Shown piece after piece: positions 8,928 to 16,824 of a stretch of DNA of 64,000 nucleotides. The notes under the pieces were generated by a model that saw only the letters and a program-made list of their open reading frames with translations, made no database searches and was not told the origin of the DNA. The stretch comes from an uncultured Candidatus Saccharibacteria bacterium. Lineage in GTDB: Bacteria; Patescibacteriota; Saccharimonadia; Saccharimonadales; SZUA-47. Both the position numbers and the translations under genes were made by a program. Location: contig CAZHXX010000004.1 in NCBI GenBank assembly GCA_964536485.1, positions 25,457 through 89,456 of the forward strand, given 5' to 3'. Each line of letters starts with the position of its first letter. Position 1 is the stretch's first letter.

Positions 8928-9144
8928 TGGTAAAACAAAAAACTATAAAAACAAAAAATAAGAAAGGAATACATCACTTTTAGTTCTTTTACCATCGTAA
9001 AAAAGGGAAAAGAGCATGTGTGGTAGAAAATCTCTGCAACACATTCAAGTGAAAAGCGACTATGAGTTACGAACGATCAGAATCAAAAAGCTTCTTGGTC
9101 AAAATATATGATCGAATCTTTGACGCAAAGTAGATTCTAAACTA

Positions 9145-9201
9145 ATAAAAAAACTTCTTCGGTAGTTTGTGTGAGTCAGTCACCGCCGAAGAAGTTTTTT
9201 G
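9145..9201. terminator. Bidirectional intrinsic terminator
   Basis: cttcttcgg (9154-9162) pairs with ccgaagaag (9186-9194), with an A-run upstream and tttttt (9195-9200) downstream. It sits 14 nt beyond the stop of the minus-strand gene 9215..10255. Confidence 0.6.
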
Positions 9202-9214
9202 TTTGCAAAAGATA

Positions 9215-10255
9215 TTATCTCTTAGAACAGGTAGGGTCTATAACCATTTCAATTTTGCGGAAAATAGATTCATTTTCTTCGCTGTATCCCAAGTCGGTGA
9301 TTGCTGGTTCCTCAACGATAATGCGGTCTTCAGGAATACCACGAGATCTAAGTTGGTTTTTGGCCTTCTCACCACGCATTTTTGCCACCTCGTAATCAGA
9401 TGCTCCTCGAATTGTTTGAAGCGTTCCTGCGTTGTAGGTGGTGCGAAGACGAATTATCCATTGCTTTTCGTTAGCGGCAATAGCAAAGCGTGCGATATCG
9501 TCATAGGCGTTTAGGACAGATTCTTCTTCTGTTGTGTCGGCTTTAAAGAAGACAATGGCGGATTTGTTTGCCACGGTTGAAAGAGGTTCGTACGTGGTGC
9601 TCCAGACAATAAAGTCTTCTTCCTGTGGAGTGTTTGCAAAGGCGTAATCTTTTTGCTCGACACATGCTAAAGAGCTGTATATATCAGTCGCTTGTTTGGG
9701 AGGAACGATTTGGTTTGGGTCAGGAAGTGATGCGGGCAATAGTGCTAATTTATCATCAAGTCCACCGGCAAAAACAAGTGATGATAGCTTTTCTCCATTG
9801 CTTACGTTAACTCCGATACGGGCATAAACACTTGGAGAATCTTTTAGCTCATAAAGAAAATACCAGTCTGGACCAACTTGCTTGCGTTCAACAACCTTAA
9901 AAGTTCCTTTCACCTGTTCTGCGGCTGTTGCAAGGAGCTTTTGTGCGTAGGCGTCTTGTTCTTTTGCAAGCGTGACGAGTTCTTCGGTATTTCCTTTTGA
10001 AGCAGCTGTCATTATGTTTGTTGCGTAGTCTTCTGCAGGTGAAGTTGGTTTGTTAAGGGTAAAATAGCCTACGATAAGCCCTGCAACTAATAGAAGGAAT
10101 GCGGTAAACAAAATAGAGTGTGCACGATGGGAGAGCCTTGGTACGCGGGTGTTGGTAGTAGGAGACGAGTCAGTGCTCACCGGATTCTGAGTAGGGGTAA
10201 CTGGTGTAGAGGGGGTAACGGTAGATTCTGTAGCTGATGATGTTTCTTTATCCAT
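9215..10255 (-). CDS. Membrane-anchored exported protein; the C-terminus weakly resembles an OmpA/MotB peptidoglycan-binding domain
   Basis: 346 aa. It has a T/S/P-rich N-terminus and one TM segment (ILFTAFLLLVAGLIVGYF). The C-terminal IRGASDYEVAKMRGEKAKNQLRSRGIPEDRIIV...FRKIEMVI loosely resembles the OmpA_C pattern. Confidence 0.5.
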   Translation of the reverse strand: MDKETSSATESTVTPSTPVTPTQNPVSTDSSPTTNTRVPRLSHRAHSILFTAFLLLVAGLIVGYFTLNKPTSPAEDYATNIMTAASKGNTEELVTLAKEQDAYAQKLLATAAEQVKGTFKVVERKQVGPDWYFLYELKDSPSVYARIGVNVSNGEKLSSLVFAGGLDDKLALLPASLPDPNQIVPPKQATDIYSSLACVEQKDYAFANTPQEEDFIVWSTTYEPLSTVANKSAIVFFKADTTEEESVLNAYDDIARFAIAANEKQWIIRLRTTYNAGTLQTIRGASDYEVAKMRGEKAKNQLRSRGIPEDRIIVEEPAITDLGYSEENESIFRKIEMVIDPTCSKR

Positions 10256-10367
10256 TGTATTGTTTCTGCTTATGTCTTTAATCGTACTACAGAAGCGTCT
10301 TAATTAAAACACGGGGCAGAAAATAAGCGTGACGCTATAGAGAAGAGTTTGTGTGCACTGTTTGTCG

Positions 10368-10427
10368 TCAAATAAAAAACCCACCTTTGAAGGTGAGTTG
10401 TTTATTTGGTAGCGGGAGTGAGATTTG
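10368..10427 (-). repeat. Displaced copy of the tRNA(CAU) 3' end (T-loop to CCA) plus its terminator
   Basis: This 60-nt segment matches 10552..10611 at 58/60 positions, 184 bp away. It contains tggtagcgggagtgagatttg (the tRNA 3' 21 nt, complement) and a hairpin terminator copy. Confidence 0.8.
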
Positions 10428-10551
10428 CCCACATTCTGCGGGCCCAGAATTTTCATGCGTCGAACAAGCTCGACCCTGAAAAGTTCTCTTGCGAAAGTTC
10501 ACTGAACTTTCTCACTCGCGACTTTACGGCGTTAAAATTTACTGCCCAATA

Positions 10552-10611
10552 TCAAATAAAAAACCCACCATTGTAGGTGAGTTGTTTATTTGGTAGCGGG
10601 AGTGAGATTTG
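10552..10611 (-). repeat. Partner copy of the 60-nt repeat (terminator plus 3' 21 nt of the functional tRNA)
   Basis: See 10368..10427. The hairpin is acccacc (10563-10569) with ggtgagt (10576-10582), followed on the minus strand by a T-run, and acts as the tRNA terminator. Confidence 0.8.
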
Positions 10612-10667
10612 AACTCGCGACCTCAGGCTTATGAGTCCTGCGCTCTAACCAACTGAGCTATCCCGCC
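10591..10667 (-). tRNA. tRNA with CAU anticodon (elongator Met or Ile2/lysidine type; not initiator)
   Basis: Reverse complement: GGCGGGATAGCTCAGTTGGTTAGAGCGCAGGACTCATAAGCCTGAGGTCGCGAGTTCAAATCTCACTCCCGCTACCA. It folds as a cloverleaf with anticodon loop CTCATAA and an encoded CCA. It has a G1-U72 wobble and a C50:A64 mismatch. Confidence 0.9.
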
Positions 10668-10722
10668 ATGGTTGGGCCTAATAGTGTTAGATTGTACCGG
10701 ATTTGTCTCTGTTTTTCCAGCC

Positions 10723-11277
10723 TTAAACTAGTTTTATCAGCGTCGCGTTATCGGAGAGCTGAAGAGGACTGTCAAAGGGAAGGTTTTGCAACACTCGCTG
10801 AACAGAACGGAGTAGTGCGCCATGGCTCACTAGTAGGATAGTATTTTCCGGTCGCCCTTTTGCATACTCTATTAATCGACTTGCACGTGCGTGAAGCTCC
10901 TCCAGCGTCTCTACTCCTTCGATGTCGTCAATGCATCGTGGGTTAGAATAATAGTATTCGGTTGATATCCCTAACTCCTTCGTGAAGTTCTTTCCTTCAA
11001 GAGTTCCAAAATTTCTTTCTTGCAAATCATCAACGTATTCAATGTCTGAAACACTATATCCAATAGCCTCAGCAATTTTCTTGGCAGTCACCTTTGTGCG
11101 TGTTCTTGGCGAGCATAGGATAGCATCAAAATTTATCCCGCTTTTTTTGATGCTCGTCCCTGCTGATATGGCTTGTTTAACCCCGGCGTCTGTTAAGGGG
11201 GTATCCAGAATCCCTGAGCAAACTTGAGCAACATTCATTACCGATTGACCATGTCGAATATAGTAGAGATTTTTCAC
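10723..11277 (-). CDS. Histidine phosphatase family protein (phosphoglycerate mutase-like)
   Basis: 184 aa. It has the RHGQS catalytic motif near the N-terminus (GTG start, YYIRHGQSVMN) and a late SHGA motif. Its start overlaps the upstream stop (GTGA). Confidence 0.8.
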   Translation of the reverse strand: MKNLYYIRHGQSVMNVAQVCSGILDTPLTDAGVKQAISAGTSIKKSGINFDAILCSPRTRTKVTAKKIAEAIGYSVSDIEYVDDLQERNFGTLEGKNFTKELGISTEYYYSNPRCIDDIEGVETLEELHARASRLIEYAKGRPENTILLVSHGALLRSVQRVLQNLPFDSPLQLSDNATLIKLV

Positions 11278-11747
11278 CTAATTCCCTTAAGTGATGCAAT
11301 GAGTGTTGTGTCTTCTAATTTTCTTTGCAAAGCAGAGAAGAGTGGCGTAGGCAACTCCTCAAGCTCGTACCAGCCTAGTTCACTACATTTGTGGGGCTCC
11401 ATTATTTTTGGCTCACCGTCAAATTCCGTAGTCTTATACAAAAAAGTGACGTAATGAAGCTTGTCGTCATGATGGGTATCATTGCTGTAGCCGATAAATT
11501 TAAGCACCGGGTTTTTTAGGCCGGTTTCTTCTTCCAGTTCTCTTGTCGCTGCATCAATAGGGTCTTCCATGAAATCAACGCCACCACCAGGAATCGCCCA
11601 GGAACCGGCGCCAACACTTCCTTCTCGCTTCATCATGAGATATTTGCCATCCCACTCGACAAATATTGCGACTGCAACGCCACTGTCGTGCGGTTTAGCA
11701 GATGGGCCGTCGTAGCGCACTAGTCTGCCTTTCCTTTGTTGAACCAT
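11274..11747 (-). CDS. NUDIX hydrolase
   Basis: Nudix box GGGVDFMEDPIDAATRELEEETGL. The start is uncertain: ATG at 11747, GTG at 11720 (1-nt overlap with the HD gene stop), or the track start at 11786. Confidence 0.8.
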   Translation of the reverse strand: MVQQRKGRLVRYDGPSAKPHDSGVAVAIFVEWDGKYLMMKREGSVGAGSWAIPGGGVDFMEDPIDAATRELEEETGLKNPVLKFIGYSNDTHHDDKLHYVTFLYKTTEFDGEPKIMEPHKCSELGWYELEELPTPLFSALQRKLEDTTLIASLKGIR

Positions 11748-12334
11748 TCGTCGTGAGATAAAATCTCTGTTTTGAACACCTTCCACAAGCTAGAAATTTC
11801 CTTGGACGGTGCTGTTTTCTCGTCTTTCAACGCAATAATATCCGAACGTTTTATATCATACTTTTTCCAAGTTTTACCTTGAGATAGTATCTGTAACACC
11901 ATCGGGGTGAGTTTATCGAGTGCTTTTACAAAAACACTTTCCGGGTCAGACTGTTGCTCGTACAACTCTATCGTAGCGCTCAGGTCAGGAAAATCAGCCC
12001 ACTCCTTTTTTAAAAGTAAGAGCGCTTCTGCTTCGCGCTTATTCTTTAGTAACTGCTGTTCTTTTGTTCTTCCCACCGCCATAACATCACCGGCATGAAT
12101 CTCGACAATATCATGGGCAAGAGCGTACTTGATTACTTTGTCCCTATTGAGGTGAGGGTAAAATCCGCATAAGTACCAGCCAAGCATTGCCAGATGAAAA
12201 CTGTGCTCAGTATCGGTCTCTCTTCGGTCTACTTGCTTACTTGTCGGAAGGTAAATAAGTCGCTCTATTTCAAGAAATTCGACGAGCAGAAGCTGTAGAT
12301 CAAGCAGTCTTCTTGCTTGTTGGGTGGTATTCAT
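11720..12334 (-). CDS. HD-domain phosphohydrolase (YfbR-like 5'-nucleotidase family)
   Basis: Metal ligands are present in TEHSFHLAML and AHDIVEIHAGD. I trimmed the start to MNTTQQARRLL (ATG at 12334). Confidence 0.75.
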   Translation of the reverse strand: MNTTQQARRLLDLQLLLVEFLEIERLIYLPTSKQVDRRETDTEHSFHLAMLGWYLCGFYPHLNRDKVIKYALAHDIVEIHAGDVMAVGRTKEQQLLKNKREAEALLLLKKEWADFPDLSATIELYEQQSDPESVFVKALDKLTPMVLQILSQGKTWKKYDIKRSDIIALKDEKTAPSKEISSLWKVFKTEILSHDEWFNKGKAD

Positions 12335-12351
12335 AGAAAATAGTATGACAG

Positions 12352-13230
12352 ATGATGAAACAAACGTATATCCTCGCAATTAGCGGAGGAGTTGACTCGG
12401 TCGTACTGCTTCACAAGCTTATGGCTGTTCGCCCATCTTGGGTGGACTATGTTGTTGCGCATGTCGATCATGGCATCCGTCCCGACTCTCAGGAGGATGC
12501 GCGTCTTGTACGGTCATTAGCCACAGAGTACGGGGTTCCATATGAAGAGTGCAATCTTTCTCTCGGCGCCAATACAAGCGAGGATGTTGCAAGGAAGGCT
12601 CGTTACAACTTTCTCTTTGAACTTAAAAAGCGCTACAAAGCAGAAGCAATCGTCACCGCTCACCATCAGGACGACGTTTTAGAGACGATGGTGATGAATA
12701 TATTGCGCGGGACAGGCCCCAGAGGACTCGTGGGTTTCAGTAGAAAAGGTATTGTACGGCCACTTCTTCAGACGCCCAAGAAAGAGCTACTTGCTTATGC
12801 AGAAAAACATGGACTTACCTGGCGTGAAGATACAACAAATAGTGACGTGACCTATCTGCGCAACTACGTACGCTTGCATATCATGCCAAAAATTGAGCCG
12901 AAGCGTGAGGAGCTCCTTGCTTTACGCAACAAGGTTGAAGGCTTTTACACAGAAATAGATGTGCTCAGCAAAGCCCTTTTGGTCCAGTCAACAAAAAAAC
13001 AAGAGCTCGTTCGCTCCCGCTTTGTCGTGCTCCCTCTGGTAGTGCAGCATGAGCTTCTCGCAACATGGCTTAGGCTGTATCACGTGCCGTTTGACAAACA
13101 GCTCATAAAACGAGCAACGCTGGCAATGAAAGTGTTGGCTCCGGGTAAGCAATGTGTGTTAGGACCTCAAACAAGCCTTGAAATGCAGAAAAAAAGCATT
13201 GTCCTAAAAGTACAGGGAAGCCATGTATAA
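12352..13230 (+). CDS. tilS: tRNA(Ile)-lysidine synthetase (short form)
   Basis: PP-loop ILAISGGVDSVVL, HHQDD motif, LRPLL. At 292 aa it lacks the long C-terminal domains of the E. coli type. Confidence 0.85.
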   Translation: MMKQTYILAISGGVDSVVLLHKLMAVRPSWVDYVVAHVDHGIRPDSQEDARLVRSLATEYGVPYEECNLSLGANTSEDVARKARYNFLFELKKRYKAEAIVTAHHQDDVLETMVMNILRGTGPRGLVGFSRKGIVRPLLQTPKKELLAYAEKHGLTWREDTTNSDVTYLRNYVRLHIMPKIEPKREELLALRNKVEGFYTEIDVLSKALLVQSTKKQELVRSRFVVLPLVVQHELLATWLRLYHVPFDKQLIKRATLAMKVLAPGKQCVLGPQTSLEMQKKSIVLKVQGSHV

Positions 13231-13239
13231 TCGTTATAT

Positions 13240-15126
13240 ATGGATAAAAAGAAGCTAAAGCGACCAATTGGCCAAAAGCCAGGTGGGAAGCGCAACAACA
13301 ATGTTCGGACAGTGCTATTTGTTTTATTACTTGTCTGCTTTGCCTTTATTGGGTTGTCGAGTTATGGACAAGGAGCAGACCTAGAGAAGGTAAGCCTTTC
13401 AAGTGTTGTTGATAGAGCCAACAAGGGTGAGATAGCTAAGATTGAAGTTATTAGTGATGACCTTAAAATTACCCCAAAGGGCAAAGATAAGCCAACACAA
13501 GAATCTCTAAAAGAAACTGGCTCAACTATTTATGATCAGGGGCTTGAACGAAACGACAAGAATGCCGATATGGTAGTGACCGTGACAAAACCTGACACGA
13601 GCGGAGAAGTGTGGACGAACATACTCTACACACTCGGTCCAGTCATTCTACTTGGTGGTCTGTTATTTTGGATGATGCGCAGTGCTCAAGGTCAGGGCAA
13701 CCAGGCGATGAGCTTTGGGAGAAGTAAGGCACGACTTTACGGAAACGAAAAAGAAAAAGTACTTTTCAAAGATATTGCTGGCAGTAACGAAGCCAAAGAC
13801 GACCTTGAAGAAATTGTCGACTTTTTGAAAAATCCTAAAAAATATGAAGGCTTAGGCGCTCGTATTCCAAAAGGTATGTTGCTAGTGGGACCTCCAGGAA
13901 CAGGTAAGACAATGCTTGCACGTGCTGTTGCCGGTGAAGCCGACGTACCATTCTTTAGTATCTCTGGGTCTGAATTTGTTGAAATGTTTGTAGGTGTCGG
14001 TGCATCACGAGTGCGAGATTTATTCGGTAAAGCTAAAAAGAATGCGCCATGTATTATCTTTGTTGACGAAATCGACGCCGTCGGGCGCCGACGTGGCTCA
14101 GGTATGGGTGGCGGTCATGATGAGCGCGAACAAACCCTTAACCAAATCTTAGTAGAAATGGATGGATTCGAACAAGGTGTCAATGTTATCGTCCTTGCTG
14201 CCACCAACCGTGCTGACGTGCTAGACCCAGCTTTACTCAGACCGGGGCGCTTTGACCGCCGTGTCAATATTGGCTTACCAGACCGCAAAGATCGCGAAGC
14301 AATTTTGAAAGTACATTTTGCTAAAAAACCGTTAGAAAAAAATGTTAATCTTGATGCTCTTGCGGCAAAAACTGCAGGCACGTCAGGAGCAGACCTTGCC
14401 AATATATCTAACGAAGCAGCCATTATTGCGGCTAAGCATAACAGAAAAACCATTACTCAAGATGACGTTACCGCAGCATTTGAAAAAGTAGCAATTGGGC
14501 CAGAACGCAAGAGTAAAGTGATGAATGATCACGAAAAAGAACTCACTGCTTATCATGAAGCTGGGCATGCGATTGTGGGGCACGTACTACCAGACAGCGA
14601 TGATGTTCATAAAGTCACCATAATTCCACGCGGTGGTACGGGTGGTGTAACCTGGTTCATCCCACCAGAAGACAAGAGCTATCACAGTATTGTTGAGTAC
14701 AAAGATATCCTTGCACGCATGCTTGGTGGTCGCATAGCCGAAGAAGTGATGTATGGGCTTGACCGAGTCACAACCGGGGCGGGGAACGACTTACAAAAAG
14801 CAGCAGAGCTTGCTCGTGAAATGGTGACGAATCAGGGAATGGGGAAGAAGCTACGCAACCAAGTGTTCCATACCGATGAAGGTATGATGATGGACCGAAT
14901 GATGCAAGAACGCCACTATTCTGACGATACAGCAAAGATAATTGACGATGAAGTTGAGGCGCTAATTACAGAGGCTGCTGAACGCGCTCGTCTTGTTATC
15001 TCGGCGAACAAAAAGAAACTTGAAGAACTAAAAAATGCTTTGCTTGAAAAAGAGACTGTGGAAGATGCAGAAGTAAAAGAAATCTTCCAAGGCACGCATA
15101 TGCCTAAGGCTGCTGCATTGTACTAA
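13240..15126 (+). CDS. ftsH: ATP-dependent zinc metalloprotease FtsH
   Basis: Two N-terminal TM segments, Walker A GPPGTGKT, Walker [12 protein letters not shown] region, and Zn site HEAGHA. Confidence 0.97.
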   Translation: MDKKKLKRPIGQKPGGKRNNNVRTVLFVLLLVCFAFIGLSSYGQGADLEKVSLSSVVDRANKGEIAKIEVISDDLKITPKGKDKPTQESLKETGSTIYDQGLERNDKNADMVVTVTKPDTSGEVWTNILYTLGPVILLGGLLFWMMRSAQGQGNQAMSFGRSKARLYGNEKEKVLFKDIAGSNEAKDDLEEIVDFLKNPKKYEGLGARIPKGMLLVGPPGTGKTMLARAVAGEADVPFFSISGSEFVEMFVGVGASRVRDLFGKAKKNAPCIIFVDEIDAVGRRRGSGMGGGHDEREQTLNQILVEMDGFEQGVNVIVLAATNRADVLDPALLRPGRFDRRVNIGLPDRKDREAILKVHFAKKPLEKNVNLDALAAKTAGTSGADLANISNEAAIIAAKHNRKTITQDDVTAAFEKVAIGPERKSKVMNDHEKELTAYHEAGHAIVGHVLPDSDDVHKVTIIPRGGTGGVTWFIPPEDKSYHSIVEYKDILARMLGGRIAEEVMYGLDRVTTGAGNDLQKAAELAREMVTNQGMGKKLRNQVFHTDEGMMMDRMMQERHYSDDTAKIIDDEVEALITEAAERARLVISANKKKLEELKNALLEKETVEDAEVKEIFQGTHMPKAAALY

Positions 15127-15181
15127 AATTAAGAATATTGTCATTTTCTTTAGTCTAAAAACCCCCTATAATTAGGGGTAC

Positions 15182-16768
15182 ATGAACAAAGCCCCTGCTC
15201 GTATTGTCAAAAAAATATCACTGCCCGGTGCGGCGAGTTTGCTTGCTGCTACCATGCTTTTATCGCAGATGCTGGGCTTCTTGCGGACAAAGCTTGTTTT
15301 TGCAAACTTTCCTGACACCGGCCCACAGAGCACTGATGTCTACTTTGCGATGTTTAAGATTCCGGATTTTTTCTTTTACATTTTGGCTGCAGGAGCACTT
15401 GGTGTTGCGTTTATCCCTATCCTTACTGAACATATGCAACGAAGTGACAGAAAAGGGGTATGGACACTCTCAACAAGCCTCATGAACTTCATGGCTCTGC
15501 TCATGTTTGTGGTTGGTGTCGTTATTATCGTTTTTGCAGAACCGCTTACCCACATAGTCGCGCCAAACTTGAGCTCCGAACAACTGCACAACGCTGTGCT
15601 CATCCTAAGGCTGATCGCGTTTAACCCGTTGTTTTTTACCGTTTCGGGGGTGCTTACTAGTACGCAACAAGTGTTTGGTCGTTTCTTCTTTTTTGCGATT
15701 ACGCCACTCGTGTATAACCTTACTCTCATTGCAAGTATCTTTTTGTTCAAAGATTCTCTGGGGCTTGTTGGGCTTGGTATAGGAGCGCTTATGGGGGGTC
15801 TGTTGCAGCTTGGTATTGCTTTTCTTGGCGTGACGGGGCTAAATTTTCACTGGAAGCCAGTCATATCTTTTAAAAATACAGATTTTCGCAAAGTGCTAAA
15901 GCAACTCCCTGCTCGCTCACTTGACCAAGGAGTCGACTCCTTAAACTCAATCGTCGAGACCAATAGAGCACGCTTGTTTGGGGACGGAGTGGTTTCTTCA
16001 TATGAGGGTGCCTTTGTGCTTCATACCGCACCAATTTTGCTTATCGGTTCGTCTATCTCAAATGCTGCTTTTCCGCGCTTGAGTGAACGACTTGCTCAAG
16101 GTCGGCCTGACTTGTTTCGTAAAGAATTCGTAGGTATCTTGCGAGTTATTATGTGGCTGTCAGTCCCAACTGTCGTTGTCGCTTATTTCTGCCGCGGGTA
16201 TCTTGCTCGTATTATTTTCACAAAGGGTTCGCCTGAAATTGCGCTTCTTCTTGGCTTTTTGTCTATCGCTATATTTTTCCGCTCGATGTACGCGCTCATT
16301 TCGCGTTATTTTTATGCACACAAAGACACCACGACACCGCTCATCATTTCTCTGTTTGCTATCGCGCTTAATATTATTTTGGTATTTACGCTTGCAAGCC
16401 CAACTACCTATGGTCCAGCAGGGCTTGCTCTTGCACAATCAATTGTCTCAGGAAGCGAATTGTTTATTATCGGGCTTGTTATGGTGAGCCGAGACAAAAA
16501 GATTCTTGACAAAGAGTTTTGGCGGTTTACTGGCCGACTTATTTCGGTGGCTGGTTTTACGACCATTGCCGCGTTTATTATGATAACTATCTTCCCACTC
16601 AATATAGCCGACACAGGATTTTTCCTACTTGGCTCTAAGCTAGGTGCTATCACGGCAGTAACTCTTCTGGTGCATGTTGGCGTCTCACTGATATTTGATT
16701 TTGGCGAAGCAAAAGCAACGATTCAAAAGATTAAAAAAGTCGTCTTAAAGCCAATCAAAATTCAGTAA
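15182..16768 (+). CDS. murJ: Lipid II flippase MurJ (MviN family)
   Basis: 528-aa polytopic protein. The N-terminus LLSQMLGFLRTKLVFANF matches the MurJ pattern. Confidence 0.85.
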   Translation: MNKAPARIVKKISLPGAASLLAATMLLSQMLGFLRTKLVFANFPDTGPQSTDVYFAMFKIPDFFFYILAAGALGVAFIPILTEHMQRSDRKGVWTLSTSLMNFMALLMFVVGVVIIVFAEPLTHIVAPNLSSEQLHNAVLILRLIAFNPLFFTVSGVLTSTQQVFGRFFFFAITPLVYNLTLIASIFLFKDSLGLVGLGIGALMGGLLQLGIAFLGVTGLNFHWKPVISFKNTDFRKVLKQLPARSLDQGVDSLNSIVETNRARLFGDGVVSSYEGAFVLHTAPILLIGSSISNAAFPRLSERLAQGRPDLFRKEFVGILRVIMWLSVPTVVVAYFCRGYLARIIFTKGSPEIALLLGFLSIAIFFRSMYALISRYFYAHKDTTTPLIISLFAIALNIILVFTLASPTTYGPAGLALAQSIVSGSELFIIGLVMVSRDKKILDKEFWRFTGRLISVAGFTTIAAFIMITIFPLNIADTGFFLLGSKLGAITAVTLLVHVGVSLIFDFGEAKATIQKIKKVVLKPIKIQ

Positions 16769-16824
16769 AATAAAACGGCTACTCTACCTCTGTTATTTGT
16801 TATTTGTATGATAGAATAAGGTAA

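Noticed and set aside
8640-9150. Possibility that the structured gap encodes tmRNA, RNase P RNA, SRP RNA, or is oriC
   Set aside because: - tmRNA: no tRNA-like 3' end (T-arm plus ACCA) pairs with the GGGGACG at about 8755.
- RNase P RNA: no GAGGAAAGUCC or ACAGAACCCGGCUUA boxes.
- SRP RNA: the UCCGGAAG hairpin lacks the SRP domain IV loop context.
- oriC: no TTATCCACA-type DnaA boxes and no dnaA nearby.
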